Shown here piece by piece: positions 51,420 to 61,300 of a DNA stretch of 64,000 nucleotides. Position 1 is the stretch's first letter; each line of letters starts with the position of its first letter. The stretch lies in contig CAVYYI010000001.1 in NCBI GenBank assembly GCA_963772725.1, positions 672,001 to 736,000 on the forward strand, read 5' to 3'. The DNA comes from an uncultured Phycisphaerales bacterium (GTDB lineage Bacteria; Planctomycetota; Phycisphaerae; Sedimentisphaerales; Anaerobacaceae). The notes beneath the pieces were generated by a model. That model saw only the letters and a list, made by a program, of their open reading frames with translations. It made no database searches and was not told the origin of the DNA. Position numbers and translations under genes: made by a program.

Positions 51420-51715
51420 TCTTCCAGCGGCAGTTTTGTACCATCGCGGCTGATAATTTGACCTGTAATTAGGCACAAAAGAGCTGGGCGAGGCCAAAAA
51501 TAGTAACTTTTTGAAAATTACAAAAAAATGAACGGCGGTTAAACTCAAAACCGAACAGGCAACGACACGTGTAAATATCTGTAATTACGGAAGATACAAC
51601 AATGGCCGAACACCAAACGTGCATCAATCGTTCATCGAACGTGCATCGACCGTGCATCAATCGTTGCACATTAAATAATGTTAATAATGATAAGAATGAA
51701 AAGAATGGTAATTGC
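51420..51715 (+). pseudogene. Degraded phage-type replication initiator fragment with iteron-like repeats
   Basis: KTEQATTRVNICNYGRYN, then four 11-nt repeats, then NNVNNDKNEKNG. Confidence 0.55.
51618..51661 (+). repeat. Four tandem 11-nt repeats
   Basis: CGTGCATCAAT CGTTCATCGAA CGTGCATCGAC CGTGCATCAAT. Confidence 0.85.
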
Positions 51716-51941
51716 AACCCTTCTTTTTCTTCGTTCTTTCTTTTTCTCATTTTAACTGTCAAGTCCCCAGCCCTTATTCCCAAACCCCCCAGAAAACGCT
51801 CATAAACTATAAGAAAACACATAGTAAATGCTCATAAACCGCTATAAAAATGGAAGCAAATCGCATCAAATTGCCATATTTTTCACATAATTTAAGGATT
51901 ATCAGGCCTAAAATTTAAACCTATTTATTTAGCAAAAATCC

Positions 51942-51970
51942 TTGACATACTAAGCGAGATGGGGTATTTT
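51942..51970 (+). promoter_or_regulatory. sigma70-type promoter of rpsB-tsf
   Basis: TTGACA, 17 nt, TATTTT. Confidence 0.6.
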
Positions 51971-52034
51971 TTACCGTTTGGCTGTCTATATGTTCGGACA
52001 GAAGTTAATATTAGAAAATATTTGGAGACTTTTT

Positions 52035-52946
52035 GTGGCTACAGAGCTGGCGACTAAATTAATTAACGCGGGCGTGCATTTTGGTCATGGTGTGAGCCGT
52101 TGGAATCCTAAGATGGCTCCGTACATCTTTACCAAAAGAGGCAAAATTCATATTATTAACGTCAAAAAGACTCTGGCGGGCATGTTAATCGCCAAGAAGC
52201 TTTTGGCGGAGATAGTTTCGTCCGGCAAGGACGTGGTCTTTGTCGGAACCAAGCGTCAGGCGCAAAAGGCGGTAGAAGCTGCCGCTGAGAAGTGCGGGAT
52301 GCACTACGTATCCAGCAGGTGGCTGGGCGGCACGCTTACGAATTTCAGGACAATCCGTTCCCGTCTGCAAAGGCTTGAACAGCTTGAGGCTATGGAGACC
52401 AAAGGTACGCTCGAGGATGAGAGCAAGAAACAGGCGTCGAGGCTGAAACGCGAAATGCGCAAGATGAAGAGTAACCTCGAAGGTATTCGCAAGATGTCCC
52501 GTCTGCCGGGTGCGGTGGTTATTGTTGATGCCGGCAAAGAATACCTCGCATTGGCTGAGGCTAAGAAACTTGATATCGCAACTATCGGAATAATCGACAC
52601 TGACGCGAACCCTGATATGGTCGATGTGGTTATTCCCGCAAACGATGATTCAATTCGGACAATAACTTTAATACTCAACGAACTTGCGGACGCGGTGGCA
52701 ATCGGCAAAACAATGGTTTCGGCTAAGCAGGAAATGCAGCCGCAAAGGCCGCGGCGTGCAAGGCCAGGCAGGGCTATTGGTCACGCTGATGAAGAACAGT
52801 CAATGTCTTCAGGCAGGGCGAGACCTGTGAGAAGGATGGGGCATGATGCGTCAGTGCCAGCTCCGGCAGAGGAGCCGCAGGCAGAATCTCAGACGCCGGC
52901 TTCGGATGAGAATAAAAGTGACCAGGAACAAGCAACACAATCCTGA
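52035..52946 (+). CDS. rpsB: 30S ribosomal protein S2 with C-terminal extension
   Basis: AGVHFGH..WNPKM, FVGTK, RWLGGTLTN, PANDDS. Confidence 0.97.
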   Translation: MATELATKLINAGVHFGHGVSRWNPKMAPYIFTKRGKIHIINVKKTLAGMLIAKKLLAEIVSSGKDVVFVGTKRQAQKAVEAAAEKCGMHYVSSRWLGGTLTNFRTIRSRLQRLEQLEAMETKGTLEDESKKQASRLKREMRKMKSNLEGIRKMSRLPGAVVIVDAGKEYLALAEAKKLDIATIGIIDTDANPDMVDVVIPANDDSIRTITLILNELADAVAIGKTMVSAKQEMQPQRPRRARPGRAIGHADEEQSMSSGRARPVRRMGHDASVPAPAEEPQAESQTPASDENKSDQEQATQS

Positions 52947-52997
52947 TAATTCATTGTATAAAAGTTGAGTTAAATATTCAGACAGGAGTTTTTGAAG

Positions 52998-53864
52998 ATG
53001 GCGGAAATTACATCATCAATGGTAATGGAACTTCGCAAGCTGAGCGGACAAGGTATGATGGATTGCAAAGCGGCGCTTAGCGAGGCCAATGGCGACCCCA
53101 AAAAGGCAATGGAGATTTTGAGAAAAAAGGGTCTTGCCACCCTGGCTAAACGGGCGGCTCGCGACACGACAGAAGGAATAGTAGTAAGCAAGGCAAGTGC
53201 GGATGGCAAAACTACGGCGATGGCAACTCTTTGCTGTGAAACCGATTTTGTGGCCAAGAGCGACGATTTTATCGCCGGGGCAAATTTGCTGGCGGAATAT
53301 GCGCTGGCCTGCACGGCGGATGAGGGAGTTGAGAACCTGCTTGAGACATCAGTCAAAGGCAGAAAATACAGTGAGATATTGACGGAAGTAGTCAGTAAAA
53401 CCGGGGAAAAGGTAAAAGTTGGCGATTATGTAAAATATAAAGTCAGCGGCTCCGGTTTCATAAATGTTTATATCCATTTCAATAATAAAATCGGAACGAT
53501 GGTGCAATTTGAGACCAGCGACGACAAGGTTGGTTCATCGGAGGCGGTAAGGCAGGCGGCCAATGATATCGCGATGCACATAACGGCCGTCAGTCCTTTG
53601 TCGCTTGATAAAGATGGCATCGACCCTGAAACAATAAAGCAGGAAAGAGACATCTATGCTGAGCAGGTTAAAAACAAGCCTGCCAATATCGTAGATAAAA
53701 TTGTCGAAGGCAAGATGCAGAAGTTTTTCGCAGACAACTGTTTATTATCGCAGCCTTTTGTAAAAGACAACACAAAGACGGTTGCGGATGTTATAGCCGA
53801 GGCAGAGAAAAAGGCCGGCGGTAAGGCGAAAATAAAGAAATTCGTGCGACTTGGTGTTGGTTAA
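52998..53864 (+). CDS. tsf: Elongation factor Ts
   Basis: LRKLSGQGMMDCK, CETDFVAK, IAMHI, IVEGK. Confidence 0.97.
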   Translation: MAEITSSMVMELRKLSGQGMMDCKAALSEANGDPKKAMEILRKKGLATLAKRAARDTTEGIVVSKASADGKTTAMATLCCETDFVAKSDDFIAGANLLAEYALACTADEGVENLLETSVKGRKYSEILTEVVSKTGEKVKVGDYVKYKVSGSGFINVYIHFNNKIGTMVQFETSDDKVGSSEAVRQAANDIAMHITAVSPLSLDKDGIDPETIKQERDIYAEQVKNKPANIVDKIVEGKMQKFFADNCLLSQPFVKDNTKTVADVIAEAEKKAGGKAKIKKFVRLGVG

Positions 53865-53871
53865 TAGAATA

Positions 53872-53958
53872 TTAACCACGAATGAACACTAATAAACACA
53901 GAATTGATAATTGATGATTTGTCTATCTCTGTGAACTCTGTGTCCTCTGTGGCTAAAA
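53872..53958. repeat. Pair of opposed 9-nt periodic repeat arms with no gene between
   Basis: AACCACGAATGAACACTAATAAACACAGA ... TCTCTGTGAACTCTGTGTCCTCTGTGGCTAAAA. Confidence 0.7.
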
Positions 53959-53976
53959 TAGTTTTGAGGTTCACTG

Positions 53977-54693
53977 ATGCCGGATATTAAGTATAAACGC
54001 GTATTGTTGAAGCTTTCGGGCGAAAGTTTTTGTAAACCCGGCGGATTTGGTATCGATGGCGACCGGCTCAAATCAATCGCCGAGAGAATATGCAATTTAT
54101 CCAAACTTGGCCCACAGGTGGCTATTGTTGTTGGGGCAGGTAATATTCTGCGAGGTGAAAAATTTTCTGATGTCAGTCACATACCCCGCAACACAGCCGA
54201 TTATATGGGGATGCTCGCGACCATAATCAACGCATGCGCTTTGCAGGAAACAATAGAAAAGTTAGGACAGCCTACGAGGGTTTTAAGCGCGATAGAAGTG
54301 GCGGCGATGTGTGAGCCGTTTATTCGCAGAAGGGCGATGCATCATCTCGAAAAAGGCAGAATCGTAATACTTGCCGGTGGCACTGGCAACCCGTTTTTTA
54401 CTACGGATACCTGTGCGGCACTCCGCGCATCTGAACTTGATATTGATTTGCTTATAAAGGCAACAAAAGTTGACGGCGTTTACAGCGAAGACCCTGAAAA
54501 GAATCGGAAAGCCGAGCTATTTGAAAATCTGAGTTATGATGAGGTATTAAAGCGAAACCTGCGGGTTATGGACCATTCGGCCATAAGCCTGTGCAGGGAA
54601 AATGGAATTAAAATAATTGTCCTGAATATATTCAAAGAAGGCAATATAACCAGGGCGATTTGCGGCGAACGGGTCGGCACATTAATTTGCTGA
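53977..54693 (+). CDS. pyrH: Uridylate kinase
   Basis: RVLLKLSGE, DYMGMLAT, GNPFFTTDT, TKVDGVY. Confidence 0.97.
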   Translation: MPDIKYKRVLLKLSGESFCKPGGFGIDGDRLKSIAERICNLSKLGPQVAIVVGAGNILRGEKFSDVSHIPRNTADYMGMLATIINACALQETIEKLGQPTRVLSAIEVAAMCEPFIRRRAMHHLEKGRIVILAGGTGNPFFTTDTCAALRASELDIDLLIKATKVDGVYSEDPEKNRKAELFENLSYDEVLKRNLRVMDHSAISLCRENGIKIIVLNIFKEGNITRAICGERVGTLIC

Positions 54694-54709
54694 AAAATGG
54701 AGGTTTCCA

Positions 54710-55270
54710 ATGCCTGTAAAACAAATTGTTACAGAACATGAGAACAAAATGAAAAAGGCGATTGAGGTGCTTCAAAATGAATTTAAAAGCATCAGGACGG
54801 GACGGGCGTCAACCGGGCTGGTTGAAAATCTGAAGGTTGATTATTACGGCACACCCACATCGCTTAAGCAGCTGGCTGCCCTGGCGACGCCGCAAAGCGA
54901 CGCAATTGTGATAAAACCTTTTGACCCGGGTTCGGTAAAGGAAATTGAAAAGGCCATTAAGAATAGTGATTTGAATATGTCGCCTCTTGTGGAGGGGAAA
55001 ATAATCAGGCTTAATGTTCCCGCTCTCAGTGAGGAAAGAAGACGGCAGCTTGTCAGCCAGGTTAAACAGCTTGGCGAGCAATCTAAAATAGGCATCAGGA
55101 ATATACGCAGAGACGGGAACAAGGAACTCGAACAAGAGGAAAAAGGCGGTCTTATTACCGAAGACCAGTTGGATGAAGGCAGAAAAGAAATCGATAATAT
55201 TACAAAAGACTACACAAATAAAATTGACGCTGTTGTAAAGACTAAATCAGATGAGATAATGACGCAGTAG
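54710..55270 (+). CDS. frr: Ribosome recycling factor
   Basis: IRTGRA, LSEERR, IRNIRRD. Confidence 0.97.
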   Translation: MPVKQIVTEHENKMKKAIEVLQNEFKSIRTGRASTGLVENLKVDYYGTPTSLKQLAALATPQSDAIVIKPFDPGSVKEIEKAIKNSDLNMSPLVEGKIIRLNVPALSEERRRQLVSQVKQLGEQSKIGIRNIRRDGNKELEQEEKGGLITEDQLDEGRKEIDNITKDYTNKIDAVVKTKSDEIMTQ

Positions 55271-55333
55271 CAGCGATAATTTTCGCTGTTTTTTGATTGT
55301 TTTTGGATAATATTTTTGAAAGGGGGCAAGACC

Positions 55334-58300
55334 ATGCAAAAAGAAAATAATAAAACTAAACCGGTGGCAAAAAAAAGACCATTAAAAATAGTGCTTACGA
55401 TAATACTTGGACTATTAGTTGTTTTAGTCCTTGCGGTACTTTTTGTTGTGCCTGCGTTTCTGTCGAGCCAGACCGGCAGAGAGACGATATTGAGCCGTAT
55501 TAACAACTCTATCGAGGGCAAAGCGGATTTTAAGAATCTTTCAATGAGCTGGTGGAAAGGTATTAAGGTTACGGATATCAGTTTCAAGGACAATGCCGGG
55601 CAAACTTCTGTTTCCGTAAAGGGTTTTTCAACAAAGCCGTCTTATGGCGCTCTTCTGACAGGTAATCTTGCCTTTGGGGAAACGATAATTGATGAGCCGA
55701 GGATTGAGATAAATCTGAAAAAGCAGGCTGAAGAGCAGGGCAGAATTACGGAACCCAAAGCCCCGGCGGCAAAAGAAGCTGAGCCGATGGCTCTTCCGAT
55801 AAAACGGATTGACCTTATTGTAAATAACGGCGATGTTAAGGTTACTGATTCCAAGGCTGGCACGGTTGAGCTTTCAAAGATAAATTCGCATATACAATTG
55901 ATGCCTCCAGGCCAGCAGACCAATTTCGGTGTAAAAATGACAGTTGGGCAGCAGGACAAAGGTTCTGATATCAATGTCAATGGGAATGTTAAGCCACCGA
56001 GTAAAGGCTGGACACTCAAAGGGACTACCGGCGATTTGACTGTTGAGGTTAATGAATTGAATCTCGCGACACTTGCGCCGCTTTTAGCGTTGGCTGGGGT
56101 TGATATTAATGTAAAAGGCAATATTTCGGCGGATGTTAAGACGGAGATTAAGAATGGGCAGATTGGAAACACGGTTGCGGCTATACGGGGTGAAAATCTG
56201 AATGTATCGGGGGCGGCGTTAAAAGGCGACCGGCTGAATTTGAAGCGGCTTGATGTTGATGCGCAGCTTCAAAGTCAGGATGAAACGATAAAGGTACAGA
56301 ATCTGAAATTGACCAGCGATTTTGCGAATTTACAGGCTAATGGGATTATACCGACGAAATCGAAAGGTCTTTCAGAATTTTTGAAACCGGATTCAACGTA
56401 TAGTTTCAAAGGTAATTTTGATTGTGATTTGGCGGCGATTATGTCGCAGATGCCGCGGACTGTTGGCTTGAAAGAAGGAATGAAGATAACTTCCGGCAGG
56501 CTTGAAGGCAGTGTTGAGACAGTTGCAAAGAACGGTGAAAAGGTAATCAGCGGCACGGTGAATATCGCGGATTTGAAGGGAATAGCTGACGGAAAGAATA
56601 TCGCGATGTCGCAGCCGATTGTGGCGCAGGCGGAAATAGCTTCGGACGCAAAAGGTTTGAGGTTTGACAAGCTGGGCGTAACGTCGGCGTTCTGCAAGGT
56701 GAACTGACCGGTACTATGGAAATGCTGAATTATCAGGCTGATATTGACTTGGCGAAATTTCAGTCTGAACTGGGAGAGTTTGTAAATATGGGGCCGTATA
56801 AATTGGCCGGCGGAGTTTCAGGCAAAGGACAGGTCGCAAACCAAAAAGACAAACTTATCGCTGATGGTACTTTTAACATCAAAGATTTCATGATGAAATC
56901 GATAAAGGGCGATAGTGTTTCTGAGCCTGCGATGGATGTGGCATTCGCATTAAATCTTGACCAGAAGAGTAAAGTCCTTTCTGTTAATTCCGCTAATGTA
57001 GGCGCTAGTTTTGGTCAGGTAAATATAAAAAATGCGGTTCTGCCGCTGGATAAACAATCCGGTAAGGAAATGAATCTGCCCGTTTCTATTAAACTGGATT
57101 TGGCGAGCTTCAGCCTTACGGGGTGATGTTTGCCTCTATGTCTCCAAATATGGAGATAGGCGGAATTGTTGATTCGAAGATTTTGCTGAGTTCTCAAAAT
57201 GATGTTTATAAAATATTTACTGATTCGACCACGATAAAAAATCTGAAAGTGATAAATCCTGGGCAGGCACCTCTGAATATGAATGAGCCTGTTAAGATAG
57301 TTATTGACGCACAGGCTGATGTCGCTGCAAAAAATATTATAGCTAAAAAGTTTGAAATACAGATGCCCAATCTTAATACTAATATTGCATTCAATGAAGA
57401 CAACCAAAGGAGGAGTTACTAAACTTAACGGTAAGGTTGACCTCGATTACGACTGGCAGGCGGTGACGGCGATGGCGGCGGCTTTTCTGCCGCGGGGTTG
57501 CAAGTGCCCGGCAAACGCAATGACACCATCACGTTCAGCTCGCAATGGCCGGAGGCAAGACTGACCAGATGCTCGCCAATATGACTGGCTCGGCCGCTGG
57601 GCTGGCAGAGTGCTGAATATATGGGTTTGCAGATTGGCCAGACGGAAATAAAGGCCAGATACAAAACGGCAAGCTCACTATCCCGCCATTTACGACAACT
57701 GTGAACAACGGCACACTGAATTTCGTGCCAGTGCCGATTTTCGCCAAAAGCCCGCGATGCTGACCATTCCGCAGCCGATGAGTATTCTCAAAGATGTGCA
57801 GATCAACGACCGTGTGGCGGAGGCACTGCTTAAAAATGTAAATCCGCTCTTTGCAAGCGCAAAAAATACGCAGGGCGCGGCCAATCTCGAATGCAGCGAA
57901 CTGGCCATACCTCTTAGCGGCGGCACGGACAAAGATACAAAGATCGACGCGACCGTTTCGGTCATGAATCTGCACCTGCAATCGCCCGTTCTGGAAGTGC
58001 TGGCGCTTCTGCTGCAGAAAATACCAATACCACCATGACGCTGCATCCGAGCCAGTTTGTGATGCGAAATGGTATTTTGACGTATGACAAAATGCAGATT
58101 GACCTTGGCGATCCGGCATTGCTGTTTAGCGGCCAGATGGGGCCTGAAGACAAGTTGAAGATGTCTGTGACTGTGCCGGGGCTGGGCGGCATTGCATTTA
58201 AGGGCACAAAGGATAAACCTCAACTGGACCCTGCTAAAATAGCGGAACTTACCCTCCAGCAGCAATTGCTCGGTAAACAAAGAAAAGCAGCACACAACCA

Positions 58301-58375
58301 GGACAGCAGCAACAGCCCTCGCAGGAAGAACGGATTATAAAAGGCCTTGAAGACATTTTTAAGAAAAAAAAGTAA
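55334..58375 (+). CDS. Large membrane-anchored AsmA-like protein (multiple frameshifts)
   Basis: N-terminal TM helix then long beta-rich fragments; C-terminal GTKDKPQLD. Confidence 0.6.
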
Positions 58376-58453
58376 AAGGTACGGCGGATTGTGGCGGAAG
58401 TGAAATATCGTTTTAAATCTGTGTCCGCATATTAATTTTGAAAGTAAAGGAAG

Positions 58454-59752
58454 ATGCTGAAAAAGCTTTTATCCACGCCTACAGAGCAGCTTGGTAAGGC
58501 AGGGCGTTTTCTGGTTTTTCAGATTAAGCTTTGGACGCATTGTGTAAAATTATTGATTAAAAACCGTTCGGGGGAGCAGGCGGCGGCGCTGTCTTACCAC
58601 ACAATCTTCGGGATAGTTCCGCTGGTGATAGTTGTACTGCTTATTTTCCAATCGATGCCATCATACAAAAGTATGGGGAGCAGTATAACAGATATTATTT
58701 ATTCTGAACTGCAGCTTTCGAGCATTCAGTACACGGTCGATTCCGGTCCCGGAACACAGAAGCAGACAATATTGCTGACGGAACATCTCGATAAAATAAT
58801 AGCTGATTTTTTTAAGGGTCTAAATGCAGGTACTGTTAAGATAGTAGGTATTGTGCTTATTATCTGGGCGGCACTGGGGCTTCTGTTGACGATAGAAAAA
58901 GCCTTCAATAATATCTGGCATATCAGCCGGAAAAGGCGAATCGTCAACCGGATAATCAATTACTGGGCGATTCTTACACTGGGGCCGCTGCTTATCGGTT
59001 TGGGTATATATATAAACTCTCATTACGCCGTTTTGGGGCATCTGCAAAAAACGTTTCGTATAGGCCCGACGATTATTTCTTATGTTTTTGCGACTGTTAC
59101 TTTTTTCCTTCTTTATTATGTCCTGCCGAATACAAAAGTTAAGGTAAGAGCCGCTGTAACCGGGGCTGCGATGGCTGCGGTCGTTTGGGTAATCGCAAAG
59201 TGGGGATTTTCGTTATATGTAACGAAATTTATACCGTACAGTAAAATTTACGGTGTTGTAGGCCTGATACCGCTTGCGGTGTTCTGGATTTATGTTATGT
59301 GGCTGATTGTATTGTTTGGCCTGCAGTTGACGTTTACCGTTCAATATCTGAAAACGCTCGATGCTTCTGAGAAAAAAAGTGAGGAATATTTCATTGCCAA
59401 CGACTTTACCGTTTTTAATATTGTAAGAGAAGTCGCCGCTGCTTTCGAGCGAAATAACGCACCTGTTGAGGCGGAAGTTATCTGCACCCAATTTGATATT
59501 CCCTTTGAATTCGGCGATAAGATATTGAATCATCTGGTCGAAAACGGTATTCTATTAAAAGTGAGTGAACCGAGGAGCGGTTTTGTACCCGCGAAAGACC
59601 CGGCCAATATAAGTTTATCTGAAATTTCACAGGCCGTCGCTAAAGCAGGGTTCAGTCAAACCACGATGGAGCATTCGGAGAATCTTGAACAAATAATGAA
59701 CTCGCAGCAGAATATGCTGGCTCAATATAATTTAACGCAGATTTTAAAATAA
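58454..59752 (+). CDS. YihY/BrkB family membrane protein with C-terminal winged-helix extension
   Basis: AAALSYHT, IEKAFNNIW, YWAILTLGP, LPNTKV, SKIYG. Confidence 0.88.
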   Translation: MLKKLLSTPTEQLGKAGRFLVFQIKLWTHCVKLLIKNRSGEQAAALSYHTIFGIVPLVIVVLLIFQSMPSYKSMGSSITDIIYSELQLSSIQYTVDSGPGTQKQTILLTEHLDKIIADFFKGLNAGTVKIVGIVLIIWAALGLLLTIEKAFNNIWHISRKRRIVNRIINYWAILTLGPLLIGLGIYINSHYAVLGHLQKTFRIGPTIISYVFATVTFFLLYYVLPNTKVKVRAAVTGAAMAAVVWVIAKWGFSLYVTKFIPYSKIYGVVGLIPLAVFWIYVMWLIVLFGLQLTFTVQYLKTLDASEKKSEEYFIANDFTVFNIVREVAAAFERNNAPVEAEVICTQFDIPFEFGDKILNHLVENGILLKVSEPRSGFVPAKDPANISLSEISQAVAKAGFSQTTMEHSENLEQIMNSQQNMLAQYNLTQILK

Positions 59753-59902
59753 ATTGACCAGAAAAATAGGCATGCTTTTGAAAATGGTGCTGATTTTATC
59801 TGCGCAGGTATGTTCGATTTCCAGATTCGTGAAGATGTGATTATCGCGAAAGAGGTTTTCGCTGACCTGAAAAGAGAACGTCTGTTGAGAGCGTAGTACA
59901 GT

Positions 59903-60538
59903 TTATCTGTGGTTCAGCTTTATCAGAAGCCATATCGCGTCGAAGATAAATTTTAAGCCGAAAAGAAACATTGCCGCGGAGCAGACTCCCAAAATAATTT
60001 TTTGACTTTGCCTGCCTAAAAGAGATGACCCCTTGAAACTTGCCCACGACAGCGTCTGGAACCAGGTACAATCGCAAGACCAGTGAACGATGGCGAATAA
60101 AGGAAAGGCTATCATTCCGAATTCCTTCGCGTCGGTCGATAATTTCAGGCCTATGGTCGCCCACCAGAGAATGAAATAAGGATTGCTCGCTGATAGCACG
60201 ATGCCCGCGAGGATTGGTTTGTTATCCAGGGGTTTAGTTTCTGAATCGGGATTATTTTTCAGAGCCGTGAACATTTGAATCGCCATAATTAGAAGCAGTA
60301 TTCCGCCGAGTGCACCTATTGCTATTTGGATTGGGATTGATTTGAAAACCTCAGCCATTCCGAGCATTATTAAAACCATCAGCGGAAATTCGATGATGCC
60401 GTGTCCGATGGCCATAAGTGCGCCAGCGTAGCGATTGCGCGAGCCGAGAGAAATTGCCGTGGCTGTTACCGGCCCCGGTGCCATCGCACCGGAAAATGAA
60501 ATTATGAACACCTGAATGAGGAACAGAAATAATTGCAT
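59903..60538 (-). CDS. LysE-family transporter
   Basis: SGAMAPGP, GHGIIE, SNPYFILWW. Confidence 0.85.
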   Translation of the reverse strand: MQLFLFLIQVFIISFSGAMAPGPVTATAISLGSRNRYAGALMAIGHGIIEFPLMVLIMLGMAEVFKSIPIQIAIGALGGILLLIMAIQMFTALKNNPDSETKPLDNKPILAGIVLSASNPYFILWWATIGLKLSTDAKEFGMIAFPLFAIVHWSCDCTWFQTLSWASFKGSSLLGRQSQKIILGVCSAAMFLFGLKFIFDAIWLLIKLNHR

Positions 60539-60550
60539 AAGGTTACCTGT

Positions 60551-60967
60551 TTATTCGCCGATGATTTTTACTAAAAGGCGTTTTCGGCGGTTGCCGTCGA
60601 ATTCATAGTAAAAGATGTGTTCCCATGAGCCAAGATGAAGTTTTCCGTCTGTAATCGCGACCACAACCTCACGCCCCATTATTTGTCTTTTCAAATGGGC
60701 GTCAGCGTTGTCTTCGTAACCATTATGCTGGTATTGGCTATAGGGTTTTTCAGGTGCGAGTTTTTCGAGCCAAACTTCGTAGTCATGATGCAGCCCCGAT
60801 TCGTTATCATTGATGAACACTGAAGCAGTGATATGCATCGCGTTAATCAGTACCAAACCATCTTTAACGCCGGATTCTTTAACGAGTCTTTCAACCTCAT
60901 TGTGGATAGATATAATAGCTCTGCGCTGCGGCACGTTCATCCAGATTTCTTTTGTAAGTGTTTTCAT
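60551..60967 (-). CDS. yjbQ: YjbQ/UPF0047 family protein (second paralog)
   Basis: [22 protein letters not shown]. Confidence 0.88.
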   Translation of the reverse strand: MKTLTKEIWMNVPQRRAIISIHNEVERLVKESGVKDGLVLINAMHITASVFINDNESGLHHDYEVWLEKLAPEKPYSQYQHNGYEDNADAHLKRQIMGREVVVAITDGKLHLGSWEHIFYYEFDGNRRKRLLVKIIGE

Positions 60968-60986
60968 ATTATAACCCATCAACTAT

Positions 60987-61286
60987 TCAATTAATAAGTC
61001 TCGGGTCGATATTTGAAAAATGAATCCATTTTTTGCGTTCCTGTGTTTGAGGGAATATAAAGGATATGTTTAAATCTTTTTTTGGTACTTTATAATCATT
61101 GTTTGATAATAAAGTTTCATTTTTGAAATAATGGTAATTTTCATCAGAACCAATATACCACCACCAGCAGACAGAGCAGGAAGCCTGACTTTGGATTTTC
61201 GAATTTAAAGAGTCCCTGGAAATAACTTCAGCGCAGCCTGCAATTAAAGTTATTGTCAGAAATATAATCAGTTGGCAATTTTTCAT
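60987..61286 (-). CDS. Small hypothetical lipoprotein
   Basis: MKNCQLIIFLTITLIAGC lipobox. Confidence 0.6.
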   Translation of the reverse strand: MKNCQLIIFLTITLIAGCAEVISRDSLNSKIQSQASCSVCWWWYIGSDENYHYFKNETLLSNNDYKVPKKDLNISFIFPQTQERKKWIHFSNIDPRLIN

Positions 61287-61300
61287 TTATTCCATCACTT

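Noticed and set aside
51618..51661. Tandem 11-nt repeats, and the 9-nt repeats elsewhere, as CRISPR arrays
   Set aside because: Units too short, no unique spacers, no cas genes
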